A DNA stretch of 63,140 bases, the filler included, from Asterionella formosa (Eukaryota), in assembly GCA_002256025.1 (NCBI GenBank). It is 10 parts of 10 records of this genome, joined end to end, with 100 filler letters (N's around TTAATTAATTAA, not from the genome) between each part and the next. Parts side by side here need not be neighbours in the genome. Positions count along the whole stretch, not along the records: positions 25,147 to 50,184 come from NKIB01002091.1; 9 more parts are not named here. One strand, 5' to 3'. Position numbers and translations under genes: made by a program. How positions within the stretch are numbered: the stretch's first letter is position 1; every line of letters starts with the position of its first letter. Below the pieces are notes generated by a model. It ran no database searches. It was not told where the DNA came from and saw only the letters and a list, made by a program, of their open reading frames with translations. This document shows positions 25,147 to 38,639 of this stretch, piece after piece.

Positions 25147-25820
25147 ATACCGGGCGGTGCTTCAAGACGAAATATTGTACGATCATGTCTTCTTCAATAC
25201 CTCTGTGATTTGTGGACAATAAAAGGAGACACTTGGAACATGTTGGTTTACTGGTGAGGGATGACAAATCAATGATCTATGAAAAATTGAATTTTAGAAT
25301 TTTACATTGACAATGCGCACAAATTCTATCATGTCTTCTTCAATAGCCGGATGGGATGGTTGAGTGCCAGGATGAACTGAAAGAACAAAAACCTCGCCAG
25401 CGCGAAGAAGATACTGTGTAGCAGGCATGAAAATACCGGGCGGTGCTTCAAGACGAAATTTTGCACGATCATGTCTTCTTCAATACCTCTGTGATTTGTG
25501 GACAATAAAAGGAGACACTTGGAACATGTTGGTTTACTGGTGAGGGATGACAAATCAATTTTCAATGAAAATTTAACTTTTATAATCTTTAAGTAAATGG
25601 TTGTATCAATTTGGTGCATCAGGATGGTAAAATCTCCGTTCTATGTATCCTTGTCATTTCCTGGTCGATTCCTACATTTTTTGGCAGATGTTGTTATAGA
25701 CAATAGCAGGAGATAGTTGTAGCATTTTAGTTAACTGGTGAGGGATAACAACTGAATTATCTATGCAAGTTTTTAAAATATAATTTTAGAATTTAACATT
25801 GACATTCAATATTTCTATAA
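25147..25820. repeat. ~285-bp tandem repeat (two close copies plus one decayed partial)
   Basis: ATACCGGGCGGTGCTTCAAGACGAAA...GGTGAGGGATGACAAATCAAT occurs at 25147 and 25433, with a decayed partial copy at ~25700-25820. Confidence 0.75.
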
Positions 25821-25929
25821 GCCAATATAGAAGGCTTGATGAAGGCCATCGACATGTATTTGTACTGTTCGTTAAATGGAGTTGTATGTCGCAATGAATC
25901 ATCCTCTTATCTAGAATATTTCTTTATCT

Positions 25930-26290
25930 TCAAATGAATTAGTTGAAATATATGTTTTTTGGCTTGAATTCACTGTTTGATTGTGAAACATCACATGAAA
26001 ACCAAGAGTTATCTTGTTGTCTAGAATAGTGATCATTATTGAGGTGATGTGAACAACTGTAAATTGTTGATTTCCTTGCATGAAATTAGACACCACAAAT
26101 ATGGTACTATTTTCATAAATGAAGATTCGTGTTGTAAATGAATTATTTAGCACAAGAGAAGAATCTTAGTTGATTTTTGAAATGAATTAGTATTTGAAAT
26201 ATCAACTAGCTCACAATTCAGTCTCGAGTTGAAAGTTCATTGTGAAAACTTCACATGAAACCATTAAAAGTAACATTGTTATTTTTGGGA
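25930..26290. repeat. Dispersed repeat family C (also at 60004-60270)
   Basis: Shares AATTCAGTCTCG..CATTGTGAAAACT(T)CACATGAA..TTAAAAGTAA with 60100-60190. Confidence 0.6.
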
Positions 26291-28090
26291 AGAGTGTCAT
26301 TGCTTATTCATGTGAAGTACACAGCAACCCTGTAACCAGGTACCAGTAAAAGACAGACATGAACCGCCCAATAAGTTAGTGTGTTTGTTAGACTTCTCCG
26401 ACAAATGGTCAATTCTATCAAATCTCGGACCCATCTGGCTGTTCGATAGTGTCAGAACCGCATCGATCAATCAAGCTGTCATGATGAAATTCCAGCTAAT
26501 TGAACGATTATCATCAGAAGATACAGTTAGATCATGTGTATTCATGATGCCGCACCTTCATATATTTCTCTCCAACTTTCAAGTCCAATGGTAAGATCAG
26601 TGCGAGTGCATTTTGTGGAATCTGCTCCCCGCAATGGCAATTGTCGATGTACCTTTGAAGAAGCTGTTGCCTTGTATTCGGAACTGCTGCAGCACCCTCA
26701 CGTCAATTCCAAATTACAAGACTTTTGAGTTCAGTCACATTGTATGATTCAAGTGGCTTTCCTGTTGCTCATGCAGCATCAACGTTGTCCACCACTTTTT
26801 AAAATCGAACATTTACTCGCTTTTTCTTTTCTTCTTGTGCAATCTGTTTTCTTTTCATAACTTCTTTGGAATGATTCCAAAGTATGACCCAGTAGACAGT
26901 CACCAGCAGCAAAGTGGAGTCCAGCAGTAATACATTTGTTTTGATCTCCCATTGCAGTCTATGTTGTTTCCTTTCATGATCATCAGTATCTATTCCCTTC
27001 CTGCTTGCGTCTTCTCGTCTCTGCGAAAGGCAAAAAATTTTCCATCACCAACCCAAAATATCCATCGGTCAGATTTGGCATTTCAAGCTTTACATTCGAA
27101 TCTTTTATGGTTCCAGAAAGTGATTAATTGTTGAGTTGAGTACTTGTGCTGGTGACACGAGGTACCTGGTACCAGTAACAGGTACTCCGGTACAATCAAC
27201 TTCGTACCTGGTACCTGGTACCTCGTACTTGCACCGCCCACTCACACTATTTTTAGTCCAGTGCATGCTTGTAAGTGCATCATCCTAAGTTTGCAGTAGC
27301 TTTCACTACGACAAAAAATGATAGTATTGGGGGTAGAATTAAATGTCAATACTGGCACAGTATCACAATTAATTCCCTGTCCGCCCAGAACCTTGTCAAA
27401 TTATACGGAGTACCGGGTACATCAGTTAGTGATTTTGCGTGCGCACATGTATCTAAATTTCATGGTGGGGAGGTAACAGGAAGATCAGCCAATCATCGAT
27501 ACTCAATACCATCGAAATACCGGTACCACTTTTATCTGTTGATACCAAGGATACCTTTAAATATTGATATTTGGCAATATTGTCTTATCCTCAACGCCTC
27601 GTTTCATCCAATGATATCCCTACCAATGTACAAAGATATATTCAAGTATTGATAATACATAGGAATACATATTCTCTCCCGGTATTAGGGTACCACAGGT
27701 ACTTCATTCCCGGTGCACTATGTATTTTTACCTAGTACTACCGGTAGTACAGACGTGCATACCGGCTACCAGCAGCAGTCCCCGTGAAGGAAGACTGGTA
27801 AATTGCTAATGCGTGCACGTGCTGTCAACAACGAGTCCTACAGTTGTGACTTCGGCCCCTTTGCTACATGTGTTATTCGTACGTACCCCATCGTTAGCAC
27901 AGGGTGTGAATGTCACGACCAAAGGCAGCCGTACGAAAATGAATGCATGATTGATTTCAATTTATGGGGACAAAGTAATTCATAAATTTACCGGTGGCAC
28001 GCAAATTCTAGTGCCGATCATCAAAAAAAGCATTTCAAACTACCGGTAAAACAAGCAACTAAAAACAACACAAAGTCAGCCCAAATAGTC

Positions 28091-30085
28091 ATGTTCCATC
28101 ACCGCAATCGAACACGCTCTCACTCGTTTGCCGACATTGACGAAGCTAAGGCTAGTGGACTACTCACTGATATCATCCGCGAGAACAATGTCTTCCTCGG
28201 AGGCTCTTCCATCGGAAAAGGTCTCAAGACCGCTGCCCGATACCAAATGCAGCAGCTCCTCCAGCACAACCCTTCCATCGTTGAAGATGGATTCTACGTG
28301 GTCGACTTGGGCATTCTAGTTTCTCAGGTGTATCAATGGCGCAAGTACTTTCCACGCGTGGAACCATTCTATGCAGTCAAGTGCAATCCCGACCCTGTCA
28401 TTGTCAAGACACTTGCCACCCTTGGTTGCCACTTTGATTGCGCAAGCCGCGCAGAAATCAAACTGGTGCAAGATGTGTCGGCTAATTTGCCTCTCCAACC
28501 AGATATCATTTACGCAAATCCATGTAAGGCCAGAGGCCACCTCTCCTACGCCCTAGCTTGCGGTGTTCACATGATGACGTTTGATAACGTTGCAGAAGTT
28601 GTCAAGTGTGCTTCTATGAGCAAGGACATCAAGTTGTTGATGCGAGTTGTAACGGACGATCGAGGCAGTCAGTGTCGCCTCTCTTCCAAATTTGGAGCAC
28701 CGCGCTCCCGATGGCGCAACTTGTTGCGGGCAGCCAAGGAGAACGGCCTCGAAGTGGTCGGTTGCAGCTTCCATGTGGGAAGCGGCTGTCGCGATGCTTC
28801 CCGCTACGCCGCTGCCTTGAAAGACTGCCGTGAAATCTTTGACATGGCCAAAGAGGACTACGGCTTCGACTTTTCTATTTTGGACATCGGAGGAGGCTTT
28901 CCTGGAGAGACTCATTCCTTGTGGAACCCAGCAGAACTGGACAAGGACGACGACGAGGAATCCGATGAAGGTATCGATTCTGCTGTCAAGGACAAAGCAG
29001 AGGAAGTGGTGGAAGAGAGCGATCATTTCATGTTCTTCACTGAAATTGCTGAAGCTGTGGCTCCAATCATCGATGAACTCTTCCCTATTGAAGATGGTGT
29101 CCGTGTCATTGGAGAACCTGGCCGATATTTCGTTGCTGCTGCAGCTACATTGGTGGCGTCTGTCCTCGGTACGCGCTCCAACGAAGTTGATGAAGAGGTC
29201 AAGTTGGATCCCATCAGTGACATGGAAGCGTCGCAGGTGGTGGGAAACTGGTCGCGTGAAGAGCAGGACCAAGCCATTGCCGAGATGGATGCTGGTACCA
29301 CGGTGATGGAATCGATTGCAGAAGGGATTAATGACTATGCCAAGCTCATCGCACACCAAAACTTGGCACAGCAAGAGACTGATGTCTACAACGATGCTAT
29401 GGATCTATACACTCAAGACTTCGATACCGCTGCCGATTTGCTAGGCATGCCCGACGAAGATCAGAAGAAGGATCAGATCCACTCTGTGGAAGGAATGCCT
29501 TCATCCTTGTTGGATGGTGACGGCGAGCCTCTCATCTCTCTTGCTGCTGCTGGAGAAGCCGCTGTCAATGGGATGGTCATGCAAGCTGTTGCTGATTCTA
29601 ACCCACTCCAGGACGACTTCGCTTACTATATCAACGATGGTGTTTATGGAGCCTTCAACAACTTGATGTTTGATCACGCCACTATTCGTCCTCGCGTCTT
29701 GCGAAATGTCTTGGAACAGGTCAAGGCCGAAATGGGCGAGGTTGCCGATGGTTCCATGGTAACTCTCTTTGAAAGAGCCGACTCCCCTCCTTTGGAGCAG
29801 GACAGACTCCTGTACGCGTCAACCCTCTTTGGACCTACTTGTGACTCCATCGATGTTATTGCTCGGTCTGTGCTGCTTCCTAAACTAAAGATCGGAGACT
29901 GGTTGTACTTCCAGAACATGGGTGCCTACACCATGGCCGCAGCCTCTTCCTTCAATGGATTCGAGCCTACTGTCAAAATGTATGTCTGTTCTGTCCAGCC
30001 CGAATATTTTGAGGATATTATTGCTGGTCCTGACGCCGCCACCGCTCACCAAATCCTGTGCGAAGAGAAGAAGGATGATAGATAG
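28091..30085 (+). CDS. ODC: Ornithine decarboxylase (group IV PLP-dependent) with acidic insertions
   Basis: Motifs PFYAVKCN (PLP lysine), FDCAS, YANPCK, SFHVGSG, LDIGGGF, EPGRYF, YYINDGVYGAFN, FGPTCDSID and MGAYT. Confidence 0.92.
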   Translation: MFHHRNRTRSHSFADIDEAKASGLLTDIIRENNVFLGGSSIGKGLKTAARYQMQQLLQHNPSIVEDGFYVVDLGILVSQVYQWRKYFPRVEPFYAVKCNPDPVIVKTLATLGCHFDCASRAEIKLVQDVSANLPLQPDIIYANPCKARGHLSYALACGVHMMTFDNVAEVVKCASMSKDIKLLMRVVTDDRGSQCRLSSKFGAPRSRWRNLLRAAKENGLEVVGCSFHVGSGCRDASRYAAALKDCREIFDMAKEDYGFDFSILDIGGGFPGETHSLWNPAELDKDDDEESDEGIDSAVKDKAEEVVEESDHFMFFTEIAEAVAPIIDELFPIEDGVRVIGEPGRYFVAAAATLVASVLGTRSNEVDEEVKLDPISDMEASQVVGNWSREEQDQAIAEMDAGTTVMESIAEGINDYAKLIAHQNLAQQETDVYNDAMDLYTQDFDTAADLLGMPDEDQKKDQIHSVEGMPSSLLDGDGEPLISLAAAGEAAVNGMVMQAVADSNPLQDDFAYYINDGVYGAFNNLMFDHATIRPRVLRNVLEQVKAEMGEVADGSMVTLFERADSPPLEQDRLLYASTLFGPTCDSIDVIARSVLLPKLKIGDWLYFQNMGAYTMAAASSFNGFEPTVKMYVCSVQPEYFEDIIAGPDAATAHQILCEEKKDDR

Positions 30086-30890
30086 CGCCCCCACGCCCCC
30101 TGATAAAAAATCTTTGTGGGTGATTACATGTGGCCCCACATCAAGTGCTGCAAGACGAAAGCCAGTACGAATGAAGGGATGCATCTACTGCTGGGCAATC
30201 AAGAAAGCAATTCGAATGCCAAACGAACTAAAATAAATCGTCTTATTTGTCACTTGGCACTAACTAGTGCCCTGCGCCACTCAATATGTTTGAACATCGA
30301 TACATCACCTTTCCAACTGATGGCGAAGATTGCCAGTTTCACACGCGTGGATATCACCGAATTCGAGTCAAGCTGTGCAATGAGCATGTCCGGTAGAGGA
30401 CCCCATCAGAGCAAGGAATGTAGAAAACTGCAGGAATACCACTATTGCTGTAAGAATTCCCGGTTAAAACACGTCGAAGGCAATTTACCCTCTATTATAA
30501 TAAGGTATAATAAAGCGTGCCATCCGCGACCTGCCGATGAAAAAAAAGAATGAGAGTTTGTGCGAAGGAATGAGTGAAATCTTTCACGGAGCCTGACGGT
30601 AATTTCCCCAAAAATCGAATTCATCCTTTCTGAATCAACGGTGGAAATGGGCCATGCTAGAAGTCGCAAACTGCCATCCGAAGGCGAAGGATAGGAATTT
30701 CGATGGCCAAGAGGAACCTGAAGTGGAGGCTAGGTGTTCAACAGCGTTCGAGGTCCTTTCCCCACATTGCCACTTCGAAATATCCAACGGCGGAACATGC
30801 GCCAGCAAGCATAGTGAAGGCACTTGGCAAACTCCAATCACTTCTCTGCAAGCGGATTAGGCTCGCTTCCAGCGATCGAATCATTCTTTG

Positions 30891-31873
30891 TCAACACAAT
30901 GGAGCGGGTCCAAAGACCTTCAAGGAGGCCCAGTACAAAAAAATATAAACAAAAAAATTAAAGCCTTGCCATCTTAACAACAGTCGAAATAAGTACACAG
31001 CTGTGGATGGATCGTCGTAATTGATTTGCAACACAGAAAAGGAGATATCCTTCCACAATTCATGACTGAGGTTAACATTGAGATATTTGTCCTCGCCAAC
31101 CTGTGATGAGAGTATTCGAGGCACCATCCATCGTGACAAGCATACATTGGCAATCATGATTGTAACAGACAAAGGAAAAGCCAGCTGGTGGATCCCATGA
31201 GCGGCAGTTAATAATAACGGAATGGTCCAAATGTGATGGGTACACGTAATTCGGGTAGCCCAAGATGTTCCGGGCCAAGTCAAGTATTTGGCAACACCAA
31301 TTGGAAACTTACAAAAGCCACTGTGACCGTTTGGTTATTAGATGCGAAAAAGGAAAAACAAAAGATTGACGTTACAGTTCAGGGAATTTGAGGATGTTTA
31401 TCTCACCTCATTGTGTATCCCAGCAAATCGATGTACCAGAGCAATTGATCTATACCAATAGTTATACAATAGGCCGACGCAATAGTGGGTCGATTCCAAT
31501 ATAAACCCAAAGGCCCCATCACCAAGGTCACATTGCACAACCATGTAGCTTCATACAGAACAGCTTGCTTGTTCGCTAGAGTAAGAAGTCTCAATGTTTG
31601 CATCAAGAAAATATACCATCCACAATAAGCTGCGACTGTTTTTCGAAATGAAACTGCTTGCATTGTACTGCATTCCTCCTCAATCGTTTCGCGACCAAGC
31701 AATAATAAATCATGCATTCTGAAGGTGATCGCACCTACAACTGCATAATGGAGGACGACAACCACTAGTGGATGCAACCATCCCTTGTGTTTGGGTGCTT
31801 TTGGCCCTTCGTGTCCAATCCACCGATGCAACTGATTCAATTCGTAAATCTTTACTGCTTGAAACCTGGTCAT
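30891..31873 (-). CDS. Multi-pass membrane protein of unknown function; join(31873..31407, 31320..30891), ~298 aa
   Basis: An 86-nt phase-2 GT-AG intron (31321-31406) joins two hydrophobic ORFs. Conserved-looking segments: TWLCN, IDQLLWYID, PIGVAKYLTWP, THHIWTIP, LNVNLSH. Confidence 0.72.
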
Positions 31874-32328
31874 GTTGTAATTGTATATATGTAGCTAGCT
31901 CGTAATGTTCACAATAGAATGTTGCTAAAGGAGTTCAGACGAAACAGAGAGATAACATGGGGCTGTACAGAGGCCAAAGGGTCTTGTCGATGCTTTGAAT
32001 ATTCGTATAGCCATGCTGACTGCTTGCTTATACTGTAATGCCACCTTTTGTGATGCCGACATGCCGGCATTTATTTTATCATGTTTCATATATTAAATAT
32101 TTTTTATTGGTACATAATGACGAATGAAAATTACGCTACTAAAATATGACTACACATAATCGCTTATCTACTGGTACATCAATCGTCGCATGTAGGAAAT
32201 AATGAGGTCCTTTTAACCAGTTTTTCGACTTTTCCATTATCATAATATATATTTCGAGAAAACCAAGGCAGAAACATTGAACCATACTACCGGGTACCGG
32301 TATTAGTACCTCGTACCCTGGTACCTGG

Positions 32329-32502
32329 TGAGCGATCCTGCACATCGATACAGATGCATATAGGGTTAGGGTTATTTCAATTATATCAGAACTCGACTAA
32401 CACCAATTGTATACTTAGATGAGAAAGTGGGAAAGAAGTTGTATATAAGCTTAGTTAGCTCATATATTCAACAAATACTACTACTTCTAGTTAGATACTT
32501 CA
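32329..32502 (+). mobile_element. Solo LTR of the same family as 440-636
   Basis: TGAGCGATCCTGCACATC...AGCTCATATATTCAACAAATACTACTACTTCTAGTTAGATACTTCA; the last ~45 nt are identical to the copy at 440-636. Confidence 0.75.
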
Positions 32503-32904
32503 CCTACTACCAAGTACCAACAGTCTATTGCTTCATTTTAATGATTTGAAAATACATTTCTCAAATCTCACCATTGTAACATTGCTTGTAAGTGTACCTA
32601 CAACTTTATCATTTTCTTTGCTCATCATTCATCATTCATCAACAATCTTATAATCCCAACGAAGAATGAATCAACAATGATGACTATCAAAGGGTCTGGT
32701 TTCAAGGTTGTCGCTCTTGACCCAAACTTAACCATGAATTCAGTAAGTCCCTCTGGCTGCCTCCCTAAATATGTCAATTGTTCTAGTAACTTGACTTATT
32801 CACATGCTGATGTTGCAGAAACCATTGTTTTTAAAAGGGTAACCCATGTTTGTGAATATATGTATGCATATATATCTGATAAGGGAAGGGCTTAGTGGTT
32901 GATG

Positions 32905-33441
<537 letters not shown>

Positions 33442-34901
33442 ATACTACTATCTTTCATATATATCTGATAGTAGATGACATGACCAGCCCCTCTGACCTC
33501 TCATTTGATTTCATTTGAATATTATAAATGCAGTATTTTTTGTTTGATCTTGTTTAGACATGATATGTACTTTATAGCTGATAGATGGATACCATGTTGG
33601 TCATATCCAAAGCCATGACTGTCTATCATTGATGGTTTAATTACCAACTGACTGCTTTATCCATGCATAGTTTTGACATCTTGTATTGATCCATTGCATT
33701 GCTGTTCAAACTTTAACCTAGTACTGGGTACTATAGTTCACAAGTAGTGGTTACAGGAGAAGAATACATAATAACAAACCCAAGTTAGACTAGCTCCTGA
33801 TATACCTGGTAGCCCCTGGGATGATATACCAATTATCTGGCTTACCAGGACGACCTTTTAAAAAGCGAGGCGTAAGGGTATGTGTGAGCGCCATGCTTGA
33901 AACAAAAATTTCCTGCTTAGATGATGGTCACAGAAGAATGGGTACCAGTTACAAACTGTAATCCACAACTAGTAGTAGCTATGACGACTTTTGAACTGTA
34001 AGCAACTGCTAATTGGAGTAAACGCACAGTTTGAACTTTGTTTGCAAGATCCATTAATTGCTGTCACAAAGGAGCTGTTTGGATTTATATAGTGAGTAAA
34101 AACTTACGTACTACTTGTTTCATTGTTAATTAATTATTATTGCCCAAAGGTTGCTGTCAACGCGAAATTGCGAAGAATGGATATTATCACGTTTACTCTA
34201 TTGAGCTGGCATCACCTTTTCTATATGTGAATATGTATAAGAAGAGTAATATTTCTTCACCTAGCTATAATTAATTGTGGGTACAACGTCATTGCGCTTT
34301 AGAATCTGCTATGCATTAGAAGAATTCGGAGGCTGATGCTGCAAGCGCAAAAAGCATACTGTATTGCACATAACAGGCAAAGTAATATGAAAAAGAATTT
34401 ATGGTGTATAAATGAAGTAAAAAAGTCACGGTTTGGGGGAAATATATCCATGCACGGATAGAAACATATGCTCTGTAAGCCACTACTGTGCTGACATTTG
34501 AAAAAATTAGATCTTTATGGCTCAATTCCATCAAAACTTATTAGTACTTATTTGTTGAGAAAGTAGTAGAGTACATTGTAAAACATACACTTGTTAGTAA
34601 TCGCATCAGGTTTCGATTGTTTTATTACTTAAATATTTTCAGTCAGATGATGGAGTAAAATAACATTGGCTTACAGCTTTTTACTGGTAGTATTTAGTTG
34701 GAGTGATAAACTCAGACTGAGATGCTTGAGAATAGTATGTGAACTGTAATAGCAACCCATGATTTTACTGGAATCAGTATTTTTATTATTCCATTGTATG
34801 ATGGCAACATTTTCAAAGTTGGTGCAGGTCAGGAATAGCTTAATTGCTGTTGTGCCTTTGGATCATTCCCAAACCCTATTTATGGTTATCCATGTATTGA
34901 T

Positions 34902-35254
34902 TTGTTTTATAGCCCATTCATGCTCCCCTATCTCTACGGCAAGTATTCCATTGTGCTACCTGCCATCAAAACCTGTGCTTCCCTTGTTTTGTTAGCAAAG
35001 GTGAGTCCCCAATCACCTTTTGTGGAAGGTGATCATATTAGCTGCAGTGTTAGCTAGTAGGGGGAACTCAGACCACCTTGGAAGGCAGCACAAGCTGCTG
35101 CTTGTAGGGGGGCAACCCACTATGACTTGCACACTAGGCAAGACCATGTGGGATAGTAAGGAGTGTGGGAGTTGAACCCAACAAATGCTTCCAAAACAAA
35201 TTGTGGGAATCAAACCACACAACCTCAGATCAAAGCATGCTAAACCACTGAGTC
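34902..35254 (-). mobile_element. tRNA-headed SINE-like element, copy 2
   Basis: The minus strand starts TGACTCAGTGGTTTAGCATGC..TGAGGTTGTGTGGTTTGATTCCCAC, has a second box GGGTTCAACTCCC, and stays colinear with copy 1 to an ATAAAACA end. Confidence 0.62.
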
Positions 35255-35489
35255 ATTCACTTATATATGGTGATCTATAGATGGTTTCCTAACTGAAATG
35301 CTCAACCAATTTCTTGCTATGCAGATGTATCAGATTGTGGTTTATTCCCATCAAGGTATTCAACACGATGACAGAGTACACTGATTATAGTAAATGAGTA
35401 CATGCACTCCCATTAATCATTGTTCTAACTAACTTGACAGGTTCAATATTGCGTGAAAAAACCCGCCGTCATCTAGAATAGATGAGAAA

Positions 35490-38112
35490 TTATTTGCCAT
35501 TGGTTTCACGAAGGGTCTCCGCGTCAATAGTAAGCGTTCGCAGTTTTTCGACTCCTTCAACAGTGCCTGGATCTATACCGACATCTTGCACACACTTGGC
35601 GAACTCCTGGTAGTCGAGCAACAGTTGGAGCTTGACCTTTTCACCATCACTCATGCCACCAACAGAGGTTCGCTTGGACTTACGTCTCTGCATAGCAACT
35701 TCGGTTCTTTGGACTGTTGCGATCAACTCTTCAACTGCCATGCTGTACCTCAATGATACTGTGTTGACCACTACATTTTTCCATCGGACACCAACTTGTG
35801 GTGGCGTTCGGTGTCTGAACTCCCCGTCGAATTCCTTCAAGGCTCGTAGAATTGTTGCAACAAAAGGCGATGCTTGTGTCGGTGGAGGCCGATTTGTCAT
35901 TCGATATGTAGCAGCGACACCCTTGACAGCAGCAAGTGGCTGACAACATCGTTTGGTAAGAAATTCAACAATAATTTCATTCCAGGCTTTCAGAATAATC
36001 GGAGAAATCTGCCCTGACGCCTCAGACAAGACTTCTTTGGCAAGCATTTTAAGTTCGTCCTTCTCACCGTCAGTTGCATCGGAACTAGCCATGGCATCGC
36101 CTACCAAATCCAAATACTCATGGGTCAATTTGGATTCTAACACCGTGAGGTCCCACGAAACGGCTGCGACGACTTCGATGCGATCATTCCAATAAAATGG
36201 TGCCGGTGCAGTGTGGCTGGGTTTCGCTATGCTATGAATCACGTCGCCACTTTCATCGTTGCCATTTTCTTGATTTGAATCCAGGGCCACCTTAGGCTCT
36301 TCTCCAAACTGTATTTTGCCTTCTAGTCCATCGCGTACAAACGCCGTTGTACGACCAATCATTTGGACCACTCCTCGCAAAAAACGATGTGACAATGGTC
36401 TCAAGTAAACCCGCGGACTCCAAAATTCCGATATGATATCATACAGGTCAACAAACAAGTTGAGGTCCAAGCCGGTTTCCTGTTTCAGAGAATCAAGTCG
36501 TTCCGGAGAACCACCGAATACATCAGCCACCCATCCTTCCTTTTGTGTTTTTGTGAGCGATGTATTGAATCTTTGACAGGAATCTCCAAATCGTAACTGA
36601 TAATAAATTGGCAAGTTCCATTTCTTTGAGAATTCGGCCGTTTGGGGGTGTAGATAAATTCTTCGCTGCGCCAATCGAATCATATTTTTGGTCACTTCTG
36701 GACAATAGTAAAGTTTTGACAGTGGTTCCTCGTTCTGTCCGTCTTCGTAACTCCCAGTCAACTTTCCTTCTCCACCCTTCAACAGGCGCCCGGCCAATTC
36801 TGATAAGAAGGCATCCAAAGCCTTGTAGTTTGATTGCAAAATTGTCGCAATGCCCGGACTGAAAATCGCCATTTTGATACCAGCATCGGCCATGAGCGCC
36901 GTACAAATTGGAACCCACACGCCATCCGTAACCAAATCGACTTCGCGATCAAACATGGTTTCCGACAATAGCAAGACGGGACCATAATTGGTACTAATAT
37001 CAGTAACCATGTCGTCCAAGAGTCCTTGTAGTCCTTCGCATTCACCTCGATTCCCACCTTGATCCAATCTTCCCATGCTCACTTTGTTTCGAATCAATGG
37101 CATAATGGCAACTCGAGCAAATACATGTTCGGCTTCCTTTCCTTTTCCTAGGAGCGCCAGTCCGCGAAGACAGTGGCCAATCATGATTAGTTCGTCTTGG
37201 GGCGAGGCGACACGGTCCTCATCTTTTACTAACTTAAGGACAGCTTCGAATCGATAAGTGAGAGAAAGGATGACATCGGATTCGAGCCTTCGAATGCGTG
37301 GCGCTAACTTGAGAATAAATTGTGCGCGTTCCGTATCGTTGTCTAGTGGTGCCTTCATGGTAGGGAGTGTGGATTCGCCGTTCGTCAGCTTCGACGTCAA
37401 CGCGGAAATTTGAGCACTGCTAGCCTTGAGGTCATGTACCAGAAACAAGGCAGTGTGTGCGGCTCGTTCTAGAGAGGCAACGTGGTCGAGGTCGTCTGTT
37501 GGACAATGAGTGTGGGGTGAGATGTAGAATTAGTTTTAGTCCAACCGAGGTTCTCAGTCCTGTCTTCACTTTCTATTGGCAACACAACGGCATTTGTTAT
37601 TTCTTACCTGAACACCCGTTCTCTACAGATCCACCTTCACCATTTTTAGTTTCATTAATCATGACAGAACGTCCTCCTCGTCGCAAGGAGGAATCGCGCT
37701 TCACATCTCGTTCAGCGGCGATCAGGTCCTCTAGCAAATCCGCACATTCCGCCGCATGTTCAACTCTTCGTTGTTCAGCCCGAATAGTGTTTCCGACACC
37801 CACAATTTTCTGCAAGTTCGCTAAATTGGTCTTCTCCGTAGCTTCGGCGGCACTTAAAATGGGATGAAGTAGTGTCAAGAGTGAGTGAAGATCCGGCGGA
37901 AGAGTGGAGAGTGAAGATCCAATGTGCAGCAGATTCTGACCGCTCTGCGAGGTTGCCAGCTTTTGCGTGAGAGCTTGCGAATGCTGATTGGAAAGCTCGC
38001 GGAGAGATCTAAGCTTCTGGTCGAGAGCTGCCGTCGAAAGGGCCGTAATCACCTCGTCCCGTTGAGCCAAAGTCGCCATTGCTGCATCGCCAGAAACACT
38101 CGGATTTTCCAT
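35490..38112 (-). CDS. COG2: Conserved oligomeric Golgi complex subunit 2; join(38112..37608, 37495..35490), ~836 aa
   Basis: COG2-type motifs IFSPG, KKWNLPIYYQLRF, YRMTNRPPPTQASPFV and MSDGEKVKLQLLLD. A frame-consistent phase-1 GT-AG intron lies at 37496-37607. Confidence 0.82.
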
Positions 38113-38639
38113 TCTGTGAATCGACTTGTGCCGTTTCTACTCGTCGAAGAACCCCCTTTTATCGATTCGTTCTAATCAATGGCGAGCTCAACGATCGACT
38201 CTGTCTATAGTTGCAACAGGGTTTTGCGGCAAAGTGTATCATTGAGGAGCCGTGCAATGACCATGGGCATGCGGGCCTATTTATATGTAGTACAATTCTA
38301 CACCACATGGTAGATAGCTCGTATATCCATGTCGGGTACCTCGTGATATACCCGGTATGTAGTACGGTCGGTAATACAGTACCAGCTGCCTGGTACCAGG
38401 GTACATGGTACAAATAATGGTCGCTCGGCTAATTTCTCATTTAGACATATTCATACACGTATATATAAATAACACATGCAACATATCCGTACTTCTTTTT
38501 AGAAGCGACTAAAAGGGCAATTAATTTTGATGGTAAAAAGAATTCTAAAGTCTTTGCATTGTTTACAGCTAAACTAATTTCATTTCGTCGCTGCAATCAA
38601 GAGAAAGGAGATGACCAGGGGCCAATCGAAAAAGAATTT

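Noticed and set aside
26340..27140. Coding-like decayed sequence (similar stretches at 24300-24600, 34030-34560 and 39960-40680)
   Set aside because: No motif I could assign with confidence.
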